A stretch of 64,000 nt of DNA from Kiritimatiellia bacterium (GTDB lineage: Bacteria; Verrucomicrobiota; Kiritimatiellia; WLWN01), in contig WLWN01000001.1 in assembly GCA_012103575.1 (NCBI GenBank), forward strand, positions 75,792 through 139,791. The letters run 5' to 3'. Both the position numbers and the translations under genes were made by a program. Positions 19,248 to 28,380 of this stretch are shown here, one piece after another (positions within the stretch are counted from its first letter, which is position 1; every line of letters starts with the position of its first letter). Under the pieces are notes generated by a model, which made no database searches, was not told where the DNA came from, and saw only the letters and a program-made list of their open reading frames with translations.

Positions 19248-20261
19248 TTATTTAAGGCAGGTCAAATCCTCAGTGGTATTTAGGGGGTCGCGTAAAAAGA
19301 ATCCTCTTATAAATCCAATTCCGTACCCGATATGACCCGCCAGGAACGCAAAAGGGGCAACAAAAATTTCCTTGTATGACTGAGATAAACGTATGCTTTC
19401 CACAACAACCGCTAGTAGATATAAGAATACAGGTGCGCAAAGCGCTCTGTATAGAAAGTGGTCATGTATCCATGGGAGGAGCACGAGTAGCCCTGCCGCG
19501 TATAAGGAAAAAAATGCAGGCGCCGCTTGCCATATATAGGAAACATCGCTTTTACTCTTTCTTAACCTTCCCTTATCTAACCCATAATTATAAAACTGTT
19601 TCATAAAGGGTCTGAGTATTTTTCGGCGATGATGAAAAACGACTACGTCAGGGTCATACAAAACTTTCTGTCCTTTTGCCCGGATCTCCAGGCAATACAT
19701 CATGTCCTCACTCGTATTCAAATCTTCTCGAAATACAATGCCTCTTTGACGACGAATGATCATGTTGCATGTTGGCATTTCGTTAACATATTGACGTTGC
19801 TTGGGTACATGGCGAATATAAGCGGGGCCAAAACCGATGGGGCTTTCCATCACGCGCCCTGAAATACGCCGTGAAAAATGATCGTGCGGAGGTGTTAGGT
19901 TTGGACCGGTCACAACGGTCACGTTTTTCTGTAGCAAGGGGAGGCCTTTTCCCAGCCAATCCATCCTTGGGTAGGCGTCAGCATCGATCAAGGCAAATCG
20001 CTCGGCGTCACTTTTTTGTAATACAATATTTCTTTTATAGGCTGGATTACCGGGTCCGGTCGGTTCGATAATAAGTTGTGGAGGCTGTACGAGAAGATCA
20101 AGTCTTTTCCTCCATTCGAGGGTGGGCATATCATCTGGTAATAACCATATTCTTGTTTCGAAACTTGCTGCGGCTAACCTTCCGCATTTGTCAACGCATT
20201 CTAAAAGCCACGAATCTGCTATTTGAAAGGGTATTATGATATCAATTTTCTTATACGTCAT
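19248..20261 (-). CDS. family 2 glycosyltransferase with C-terminal membrane segments
   Basis: 337 aa; GT-A fold-like N-terminus (IIIPF..., DADAYP), hydrophobic C-terminus. Confidence 0.65.
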   Translation of the reverse strand: MTYKKIDIIIPFQIADSWLLECVDKCGRLAAASFETRIWLLPDDMPTLEWRKRLDLLVQPPQLIIEPTGPGNPAYKRNIVLQKSDAERFALIDADAYPRMDWLGKGLPLLQKNVTVVTGPNLTPPHDHFSRRISGRVMESPIGFGPAYIRHVPKQRQYVNEMPTCNMIIRRQRGIVFREDLNTSEDMMYCLEIRAKGQKVLYDPDVVVFHHRRKILRPFMKQFYNYGLDKGRLRKSKSDVSYIWQAAPAFFSLYAAGLLVLLPWIHDHFLYRALCAPVFLYLLAVVVESIRLSQSYKEIFVAPFAFLAGHIGYGIGFIRGFFLRDPLNTTEDLTCLK

Positions 20262-20318
20262 TGTTTCTGTGTGTTTGTATCGTTCCCAATGATCTGTTGT
20301 TGCTCTGTGAAAGCAGGT

Positions 20319-20720
20319 TTACCATACACATTGGTTATACTGAGCGGACATCCAGCGATCTCGTGTTATGAGCGGGAGATTCATGGCTTTAGCTGTGGCA
20401 AGGACGATCTGATCAAAGGGGTCTCTGTGGTCACACAAATACATGCTTTCGGCCATGATTCGTTCTTCGTAGGGTTGGAACCGAAAATTTTTTGAGCCTT
20501 CAATATATTTAATAACTTCTTCAATCTGTGCATCAATGCGTTTAATTTCTATCAATATTGAACTTCGAGAGTTACCATTGTGGGTACGTAAAAGATATTT
20601 CGAGCCTGACAGATAATCCGTCTGATTTTTTGAGATAGTGTGTCGGGTTCTAATAGCCAATAAATGAGTGAATGAGTATCGATGACGAAAGCATGCGAAG
20701 GGGCTGCGTTCATTTCGGAA
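20319..20720 (-). pseudogene. PIN-domain (VapC-like) toxin, frameshifted
   Basis: N-terminus MNAAPSHAFVIDTHSLIYWLLEPD in one frame (from ATG ~20720) and C-terminus DPFDQIVLATAKAMNLPLITRDRWM in another; shift near 20580. Confidence 0.5.
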
Positions 20721-20779
20721 GATGCAGGTGTTTCAACAACTCGGTATCCGCGCTTTCCAAATCCCCTATGATCTTTCCC

Positions 20780-20953
20780 TTAATCTTTTCTTTTCTTTAG
20801 TAGATGGGGGTTCTTTGTCTTGCTGTAGACTTCTTCAGAAACAATAACGGCATTGCCAAATCGTGTCTGTATATGTACGGGAATCCCTTGTAAAGCAACT
20901 CGGAGTTCTTTAAACAGTCTGTTTCTTAATTGAGTAGGTGTCAGATAGTTCAT
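20780..20953 (-). CDS. Phd/YefM-like antitoxin (putative)
   Basis: Internal Met start MNYLTPTQLRNRLFKELRVALQGIPVHIQTRFGNAVIVSEEVY; immediately upstream of the PIN remnant. Confidence 0.45.
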   Translation of the reverse strand: MNYLTPTQLRNRLFKELRVALQGIPVHIQTRFGNAVIVSEEVYSKTKNPHLLKKRKD

Positions 20954-21075
20954 GTTTTCTCCCTTTCCAACTTTTTGAATATGTACATAACAGTATGTAC
21001 GTATTCTTGTCAAGGAGGTGTTTCCGTTAAGTTTTCTGTTCCGTGTTTTTCGTGGGTAAAAATCTGCTGTTGTTG

Positions 21076-21837
21076 TCAGTGGTGAGCGGATCCGTCTGTG
21101 GCGGAAGCATCCAGCGCTTTTCCCATCTCCTTCAATCCTGTTGGAGTTCCCATATCGAGTAGAGGAGGGGGGGTCTTATAGGCTTTGAGTCGTCCTTCTT
21201 GACTTAAGACAGGAAAGATATCTGTTTCTAAAGACATGGTTTTGTTCGGCTCAATAGACGCTAAAACTTTTTTAGCCATCAGGTAAACACCGCCATTAAT
21301 CCATCCCTCCGTGTGATGCGCTTTCTCTTGGAAGGAGGTAACGAGATCTTGGTCGTTAAAGGTCACCGTTCCGTAGCGACCGGCATCTTGGATCTGTGTT
21401 ATAGAAAGTGTCATAAGGGCATCCAAAGACGTACAGTGTTGGTTGCTTAATGCTTGGAAATCTAGATTGAGGAGTAGGCTGTCCCCATTCAGAACAAAAA
21501 AAGGATCCGTTTGAATAGCGTTCTCTAAAAATTTGATGGCTCCAGCTGTCCCCAAAGGGCGTGGCTCTATAGAAAGAGAGATTTTAAGGTCAGGGAAAGG
21601 GTCAGCGTCAAGCCACTCTTGTATAGCCTTTGGCATATAACCCGCTGACAAATGAATATCTGTAATGTTCTGCTTGCTTAGCCATTCGATTTGCCATTGC
21701 AGAAAGGGTTTTCCCGCTATAGAGATTAACGCTTTCGGTCGGTCTGGAGCAACGGAACGGATGCGTGTTCCTTGACCGCCTATGAGTAAAATAGCTTGAG
21801 GAGAGGGCCGATAGAGGTAAGACGCAGAGGAAGTCAT
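21076..21837 (-). CDS. sugar-phosphate nucleotidyltransferase (HddC/ManC-like)
   Basis: LLIGGQGTRIRS G-x-G-T-R motif. Confidence 0.7.
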   Translation of the reverse strand: MTSSASYLYRPSPQAILLIGGQGTRIRSVAPDRPKALISIAGKPFLQWQIEWLSKQNITDIHLSAGYMPKAIQEWLDADPFPDLKISLSIEPRPLGTAGAIKFLENAIQTDPFFVLNGDSLLLNLDFQALSNQHCTSLDALMTLSITQIQDAGRYGTVTFNDQDLVTSFQEKAHHTEGWINGGVYLMAKKVLASIEPNKTMSLETDIFPVLSQEGRLKAYKTPPPLLDMGTPTGLKEMGKALDASATDGSAHH

Positions 21838-21839
21838 GT

Positions 21840-22850
21840 TTATGTTTCGTTCGGGAGCCGTGTTTTAACATGTTCGTATGTTTTTTTTAACCCCTCTTCA
21901 AAAGAGGTGTTAGGGACCCAATCATATAGTAACTGTTTTGCTAGTGTGCAGGTTACGGCTTGACCCCACAATGTCGTCTTAACAGAGAGATCGAATGATA
22001 ATGTAAGGTCTTTATCCGCTATTTTGATAATGTGTTCTGCAATTGTTTTAATGGTGACGCGACCCTCTTGTCCTAAGCTGAAAGGGCCGACGATGGAATG
22101 ATTTTTTTGTGCAGAAATACTGCGGAGGATGGCATCTACTACATCATCTATAAAACAATAAGAGCGTGTTTCTTCGCCCGTACCCCAAAGAGGAATGGCT
22201 TCTCTACGATTAGCCCGTAAAGCCCGATGGCATAAAACAGGGATGACCGAACCTGTCTCTAGTCCGATGTCTTGGTTATAGCCATAAGCCCCAACAATAC
22301 GGGCTATAGATACCCGGAGCCAAGGATGTTCTTGTGCGAATCCTTCCAGCGTTTGTTCCCCTATCAGTTTTCCCCAGCCATAGCTTAATCCCGGGTTAGC
22401 TGGATAGGCTTCATCTTCTGTTAAAGGAGAACTGTCTGGTGTTTGTTGTCGTTCTTCGGGGTAAACATGTGCACTACTTGCATAGAACACTGAGGGGATA
22501 CGGTGTTCTATAATGGCTTTGAAAACGTTTTGATCAATAAGAAGGTTATTATTTAAAATGTCTCCCGGATGGTTTAAATAAACTTTGATGCCACCGACTT
22601 TGGAGGCTAAGTGAAAGACCACCTCTGACCCTTTTAAACAATCGCGGGTTTCCTCAAGATTACGAAGATCCATTTGATGAAAATCAACTTTGTCTATGAA
22701 AGGTGTTATAAACTCAAGAGCGCCGCGTTCTAGATTGTCAAGAATTTTGACGTTTGCTCCTTCCTGTACCAATCGTTTGGCCAGGATCGATCCAATGCAT
22801 CCGGCACCCCCTGTTATGACGACTGAACGATTTTTCCATGTATAATTCAT
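21840..22850 (-). CDS. NAD-dependent epimerase/dehydratase (extended SDR)
   Basis: VVITGGAGCIGS Rossmann motif; YxxxK region. Confidence 0.7.
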   Translation of the reverse strand: MNYTWKNRSVVITGGAGCIGSILAKRLVQEGANVKILDNLERGALEFITPFIDKVDFHQMDLRNLEETRDCLKGSEVVFHLASKVGGIKVYLNHPGDILNNNLLIDQNVFKAIIEHRIPSVFYASSAHVYPEERQQTPDSSPLTEDEAYPANPGLSYGWGKLIGEQTLEGFAQEHPWLRVSIARIVGAYGYNQDIGLETGSVIPVLCHRALRANRREAIPLWGTGEETRSYCFIDDVVDAILRSISAQKNHSIVGPFSLGQEGRVTIKTIAEHIIKIADKDLTLSFDLSVKTTLWGQAVTCTLAKQLLYDWVPNTSFEEGLKKTYEHVKTRLPNET

Positions 22851-22862
22851 AATGCTAGGTAC

Positions 22863-24068
22863 TTATTTTTCAACGGGGAAGAAAGAGTATAATGCATGTG
22901 CCCATTGTTGCGTTATTTTTTTAGGATCCAGTTTTTCTTGTACTGTTTTATACGCCTCTATCCCCATTTGTTTTCTATTTTCGGGATGATCAAGCATACG
23001 TATCAGCTGATTGCAAAATTCATCGCGGTCCGTTGGATCAAATAGCAAGCCGTTTTTCCCGTCTTTAACCCATTCGGAAATGCCCTTTAAACGGGCCGCT
23101 AGAATAGAGGATCCGCATGCTAAACTATGTAACAAATTAGCGGTGACTTGAAAATGATCTGAGAACTTTCCTTCTCTCATAACTAATGACACGTCTCCTG
23201 CATTCAGTAGATCGTTTAAGGCGTTGACGTGGGGTAGCCATCCTAAAAACTGTACATGCTTTTCCATGTCCAACTTTTTTGCCTGAATTTCTAATTTTAG
23301 TCGTAAAGGGCCGTCACCTGCAATAACAAAAAGGATGCTTTTATGCTGATCGAGAAGAGGCTGTACAAAACTGAAAATACGGTCTAGGGCCTTGTTAGGA
23401 TGAAGAATGCCGTGATGAACAATCACGAAATCATGGTCATGGAATCCAAACTGTTCACGGGCTGACTGCTTGTCGATAGGATAGAAAATATGGGATTCAC
23501 ATGCTTCCGAGATAACCGCGATATTGTCCGCCTTTATGCCTTTGGAAACAGCATATTGTTTATATGCTTCTGTATGAGTAATGGTCCCTTGAAGACGTTT
23601 CCACGTAAAAACATCCATTTTTTCAAAGAATTGGCGGATGGGTTTTTCCCACTTTTTGTGGCCCAGATAGACGTCCCAGAGGATGTCGCAACTACTGATG
23701 GCAACAGGGCGACCTGAAAAGAACATAAGAATGAGGGGGAGTATGGGCAGTGATTCTTCGATGTAGATCAAATCAATTTTTTTCGCCCGAGCCCATAGGC
23801 CGATCCATGGAGCGGTGATATACCACAAGATTGTTTTGCTCCATTTATCAAACGCTGAACTTCGTTTCAGGCGTATAGGCATCTCATGGATATATATGTG
23901 CTCATGTTCAGTTAGCCAATGCTTATGAAGTGACTTGAATGAAAAATGATGAACGTCGAGTGTTTCAGAAAGTTTTAGGAGTACATGCGGATAGGTGTTT
24001 GCCATGGCTTCATGATCGGCAAGACCATACCGGAATAAAGAAAGAATTTGTTTGCGTTTTTTGTTCAT
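22863..24068 (-). CDS. glycosyltransferase, GT-B fold (GT4-like)
   Basis: 401 aa; C-terminal half typical of GT1/GT4 (EGFS/ E-x7-E-like region). Confidence 0.65.
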   Translation of the reverse strand: MNKKRKQILSLFRYGLADHEAMANTYPHVLLKLSETLDVHHFSFKSLHKHWLTEHEHIYIHEMPIRLKRSSAFDKWSKTILWYITAPWIGLWARAKKIDLIYIEESLPILPLILMFFSGRPVAISSCDILWDVYLGHKKWEKPIRQFFEKMDVFTWKRLQGTITHTEAYKQYAVSKGIKADNIAVISEACESHIFYPIDKQSAREQFGFHDHDFVIVHHGILHPNKALDRIFSFVQPLLDQHKSILFVIAGDGPLRLKLEIQAKKLDMEKHVQFLGWLPHVNALNDLLNAGDVSLVMREGKFSDHFQVTANLLHSLACGSSILAARLKGISEWVKDGKNGLLFDPTDRDEFCNQLIRMLDHPENRKQMGIEAYKTVQEKLDPKKITQQWAHALYSFFPVEK

Positions 24069-24097
24069 AGAAAACTAGCGATGAGATTGTGAGTGAT

Positions 24098-25123
24098 TTA
24101 GGGGCACGTGCTAGACCAGGTTTGCACGCCTACGTTCGAAAAGCTGAAGGTCATAAAGATGCCACCTAATTCCTCTAATTTTTCTTTGACGTCTCTTTTT
24201 TTGTCCATGGGAACAAAAAGAAGTAAAAATCCGCCACCCCCTGCACCTAGAATCTTTCCTCCGAAAGCGCCTTCCTTACGGGCTGCATTATATAATGCAT
24301 CAATATGTTCATCGGTAGTTTCGGGGTTCATTCTCTTTTTAGCCAATCCTGCTTTGTGTAGAAGGTGTCCGAACTCAAATATTTTTCCACGTAGAAGAAG
24401 GCTTTTTGCCTCATACGCTAAGGCTTTTAATTGTTCTGTACCCTCGCGGCTTGTTCCTGCGTTTTCTTGAAACGCTGCGACTTGTTTGTCGATTAGATTT
24501 GCTGATAACCGTGTCCCACCTGTAAAGCATAGCATACAGTGGCTTTCGAGATCGTTGAGGGTGTCCTGGTGGAGCCGTAAAGGCGTTACTTCTACATGAT
24601 CGGTGTTAAATTCTATTAAATTGAAGCCGCCAAATGTGCTTGCGTATTGATCTTGTTTCCCTCCGCTAATACCCATTTTGATCCGTTCAACGCGATAGGC
24701 TTTTTCGGCCAGTGCATAAAGATCAAGGTGTGCTTCGTTTAGCGTTTGTAAGCCGGCAAGGACGGCTGTGAGCATAGAGGAGGAGCTTCCCAGTCCGCTT
24801 CCTGGTGGGGCTTCTGTTTGAATACAAATGTCAAGCCCTCTATCAATATTTAATTCTTCGATACTGGCTTTGACCAAATCTAAAACACCATCGTATTTGG
24901 GTTTATCCTTAAGGTTAAAGTCAATTTGTTTGTTATAATCTAAAGACCGTACAGAGATTTGGTGGTCATCGTGGGGTGTAATCGAGGCGTAACTATACTT
25001 GTTAATCGTGCTAACCAGTACCGCACCCCCGATATTCTGATACACGGCTTCTATATCCGTACCTCCTCCAGCAAAACTAATGCGCAGTGGAGATTTTGCT
25101 CGGAGATAGGTTACTTCTTTCAC
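24098..25123 (-). CDS. GHMP-family sugar kinase (D-glycero-D-manno-heptose 7-phosphate kinase HddA-like)
   Basis: PPGSGLGSSSS GHMP motif; adjacent to nucleotidyltransferase. Confidence 0.7.
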   Translation of the reverse strand: MKEVTYLRAKSPLRISFAGGGTDIEAVYQNIGGAVLVSTINKYSYASITPHDDHQISVRSLDYNKQIDFNLKDKPKYDGVLDLVKASIEELNIDRGLDICIQTEAPPGSGLGSSSSMLTAVLAGLQTLNEAHLDLYALAEKAYRVERIKMGISGGKQDQYASTFGGFNLIEFNTDHVEVTPLRLHQDTLNDLESHCMLCFTGGTRLSANLIDKQVAAFQENAGTSREGTEQLKALAYEAKSLLLRGKIFEFGHLLHKAGLAKKRMNPETTDEHIDALYNAARKEGAFGGKILGAGGGGFLLLFVPMDKKRDVKEKLEELGGIFMTFSFSNVGVQTWSSTCP

Positions 25124-26073
25124 TTTCGCGCCTCATGTTGGTGTGCTCGGTACCAATCAACCGTTTTTTGAAGCCCCTCTTCAAGGGATGTCTTGGCTTT
25201 CCACCCTAACTCTTCTTTTGCTTTGGTGATGTCAAAACATCGATGAAGCTGTCCATCGGGTCGTGACGTATTCCATTCGATTTGTCCCTTATATGCTGTG
25301 ATACGTGTTAAGATATCTATGACCTCTTTGATGGAAGTTTCTTGTCCAGAACTTAGGTTCACAATGGCATTGGTATTAAAGTATTCAGCGCTTAAAAGAA
25401 GCCCTTCAGCGACGTCCCCAGCATAGACAAAATCGCGCGCAGCTTTTCCTGTTCCCCAGACCTCTATTCGCTCTGTTGCCTGTTTAGTGGCCTCAACAAA
25501 TTTGCGGACTAAGGCGGGAATAACATGAGCATCAAGTAGGTTATAATTATCATAAGGTCCGTAAATATTTCCGGGAATTCCGATGACAGAAACAAAATTA
25601 TGCTGTCTATAATAGGCTTCGGATTGGATCGTTAACAACCTTTTTGCCAGTGAATAGTGTGCGCTTTCCTGCTGGGGAAACCCTGACCAAAGATCAGACT
25701 CCTTTAATGGATTTTCAGCAAACTGAGGATAGCCGCAGCCTGCACCCGCGGCGATAAATTTAGAGGCGCCATGCTCCCATGCATGATGGAGCATAAATGT
25801 TCCCATGAGAAGATTTTGATAGAAGTAGCTAGCCGGTTGCTCTTTGTTCGGCAAAATACCTCCTACGAGTCCAGCTAGATGGATAACAATATCGCACGGA
25901 TGTTCTTTGAAAAGCCTGATAACTTCATCTTCACGGGTCAGGTTATAGTCCTTACTGCGAACACTGAAAATTTCCGCTATATCTTTTTTGCTCTCTAGTG
26001 CCTGAGTCACGTGTGTGCCGAGGAATCCACCGCCGCCTGTAACCAGTATTCTTTTGTTTGTCCAGATCGACAT
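25120..26073 (-). CDS. GDP-L-fucose synthase family 3,5-epimerase/4-reductase (Fcl-like)
   Basis: ILVTGGGGFLG..., HVIPALVRKF...VWGTG...SRPDG blocks matching Fcl. Confidence 0.7.
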   Translation of the reverse strand: MSIWTNKRILVTGGGGFLGTHVTQALESKKDIAEIFSVRSKDYNLTREDEVIRLFKEHPCDIVIHLAGLVGGILPNKEQPASYFYQNLLMGTFMLHHAWEHGASKFIAAGAGCGYPQFAENPLKESDLWSGFPQQESAHYSLAKRLLTIQSEAYYRQHNFVSVIGIPGNIYGPYDNYNLLDAHVIPALVRKFVEATKQATERIEVWGTGKAARDFVYAGDVAEGLLLSAEYFNTNAIVNLSSGQETSIKEVIDILTRITAYKGQIEWNTSRPDGQLHRCFDITKAKEELGWKAKTSLEEGLQKTVDWYRAHQHEARK

Positions 26074-26227
26074 AAATAAAATTCACCTTTCTCTTAAGTT
26101 AGTGCTGCATCCATACCACCGAAAATAGGGTTTGTAAATGTGCGAATGAATCCTCTTGAAAAATCGAAGAAAGAATGTCAAGATCCCAAACAAATCCTAA
26201 TAACCCAAATTTGAATGTAAAAAGATC

Positions 26228-26995
26228 ATGATAGACAGCCCTCCCAACGTACAGACTCATTCTCGAAAAGAAATCTGGTCCATATTCGATCGCATAGCGC
26301 ATCGATATGATCTGTTGAATCAGTTGTTATCGTTTGGTCAAGATCGTGTCTGGCGAAATAAGTTGGCCCTATGTCTACGCGGAAAAAAAGATTTACATCT
26401 TCTTGATTTGGCAACGGGCACAGGCGATCAACTGTTATCGATATGCAAAAAAGGGATTCTTATTCAATCAGGGGTTGGAATGGACATGTCCGAAAAGATG
26501 CTCGAAATCGGGCGTAAAAAAGTGGCTGAACGCAAATGGGAAGGACGCATAGCGCTGCAACGTGGCGATGCGATGGACATCCCTTTAGAAAACAATCGTT
26601 TTGATGCGGTAACGATTTCGTTTGGTATCCGTAACGTAGTGAATGTTGTCCATGCTTTAAAAGAAATGTATCGCGTACTTAAACCCGGCGGACGCGTATT
26701 GGTTTTAGAATGTTCACTCCCACCCAATCGGTTTGTGCGTTCCGTTTATTTATTTTACTTTCGGAATATTTTACCTCGCATGGGGTCATTAATTTCTGGT
26801 GATTCATACGCGTATCGATATCTAAACGAAACCGTTGAAACGTTTCCGTGTGGACAAGATTTTTGTGATATGATGTTGTCAGCAGGACTTGTAGACGCTA
26901 GGGCAACACCTCTCACGTTTGGGATTGCTACTATTTATGAAGGAACGAAACCCGGGTTCGAAGATCAGCCATCAGAAGCGAGCCCTATAGCATAA
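26228..26995 (+). CDS. ubiE: demethylmenaquinone/ubiquinone methyltransferase
   Basis: SAM-binding LDLATGTGD, UbiE/MenG-like blocks. Confidence 0.8.
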   Translation: MIDSPPNVQTHSRKEIWSIFDRIAHRYDLLNQLLSFGQDRVWRNKLALCLRGKKDLHLLDLATGTGDQLLSICKKGILIQSGVGMDMSEKMLEIGRKKVAERKWEGRIALQRGDAMDIPLENNRFDAVTISFGIRNVVNVVHALKEMYRVLKPGGRVLVLECSLPPNRFVRSVYLFYFRNILPRMGSLISGDSYAYRYLNETVETFPCGQDFCDMMLSAGLVDARATPLTFGIATIYEGTKPGFEDQPSEASPIA

Positions 26996-26997
26996 CG

Positions 26998-28380
26998 ATG
27001 AATGGTGCCGTTACAGAATCTCTAGGCGTCTCTCGGATGAATGCTTTTATGATTCAATTAGCCGAAAAAATCAAAGCGTTCCAAAACGTTTCGGATCATC
27101 CTCCGTTTCAAGCCACCAGACTCGTTATCCCTATTCCATCCGTAGACCCTTTAGACTGGCTGAATCAACAGAAAAGCGATGTAAAAAGTTATTGGTCTTC
27201 CCGCGATAAACAGTTTGAAATGGCTGCTGTGGGTATGGCTGATTGCATCACCGCCAAGACCTTTCATGAATTTCCTCACTTTTCTCAACGGCTTAAGGAC
27301 ATCTTGTCTGTTAGCTCAAAAGGCGTTCGGTATTATGGGGGATATCGATTTTCTAATTCTGCGTCGACTGAAATGTGGGAACCGTTTGGATCTTATTATT
27401 TTTATTTGCCTCGCTTTGAACTCATTCACAAACGTGGCAAGAGGTATCTCGCGTGTAATGTTTTTTTAAAAGATTCAACCACCGTCGATCAAGTTCTTGC
27501 CGAATTAGAAGAGATTACCTTTTCTTCAAACAGCTCAGAAAGCGTTCCTCTCATTCCTACGTTAAGGGAAGATGACCCGGGCAAAGAACAATGGCATACA
27601 AATATTTATCGCGCGTTGGCCTCTTTTGATGTCGGTGAAATGGAAAAAATCGTTTTGGCCCGAAAATCAACGTTCTCATTTGACCATCATCTCAATCCCT
27701 TGACCTTATTGCAGAAGTTACAAGCAGGCACACCCCAATGCTTTCATTTTTGTTTTCAACCCCAAAAAGGGACCGCTTTTGTCGGGGCCTCCCCTGAACG
27801 TCTTTACCGACGAACCGGGCAATCCATTGAAAGCGAAGCCGTGGCGGGAACGCGTCCTCGTGGCCAAACAAGGTCCATAGACACTCGACTGGCCCAAGAA
27901 CTATTAGATAGCGATAAAGAGCTGCGTGAACATTGTTTTGTTCGTGATTCCATACGTGACCTCTTAGAGCCCTTATGTGAATCTTTAAATCTAGATGCGG
28001 ATGTGTCTTTGATTCGGCTTGCCAGGGGCCAGCATCTTTTCACAGGGTTCCACGGTAGTTTAAAAGCCCATGTAACGGATCAAGATTTATTACATGAACT
28101 CCATCCCACGCCTGCCGTAGGTGGCTGTCCAACCGAAAAAGCCATACAGAAAATCACAGAATGGGAAAACTTTGATAGGGGTTGGTATGCCGCACCCATC
28201 GGTTGGATCGGACGTGATTCTGCTGAATTTGCTGTGGCGATTCGGTCTGGACTCATAAACGGTGATCAGCTTTCTTTATTTTCCGGAGCTGGCATTGTTC
28301 AGGGATCGACCCCTGAAAGAGAATGGAGCGAAATCGAAAACAAAATCGGCGACTTTATCAAATTATTAACCGGCACATGA
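26998..28380 (+). CDS. menF: isochorismate synthase (menaquinone-specific)
   Basis: Chorismate-binding C-terminal domain (GASPERL..., AGTRPRG); context ubiE-menD. Confidence 0.7.
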   Translation: MNGAVTESLGVSRMNAFMIQLAEKIKAFQNVSDHPPFQATRLVIPIPSVDPLDWLNQQKSDVKSYWSSRDKQFEMAAVGMADCITAKTFHEFPHFSQRLKDILSVSSKGVRYYGGYRFSNSASTEMWEPFGSYYFYLPRFELIHKRGKRYLACNVFLKDSTTVDQVLAELEEITFSSNSSESVPLIPTLREDDPGKEQWHTNIYRALASFDVGEMEKIVLARKSTFSFDHHLNPLTLLQKLQAGTPQCFHFCFQPQKGTAFVGASPERLYRRTGQSIESEAVAGTRPRGQTRSIDTRLAQELLDSDKELREHCFVRDSIRDLLEPLCESLNLDADVSLIRLARGQHLFTGFHGSLKAHVTDQDLLHELHPTPAVGGCPTEKAIQKITEWENFDRGWYAAPIGWIGRDSAEFAVAIRSGLINGDQLSLFSGAGIVQGSTPEREWSEIENKIGDFIKLLTGT

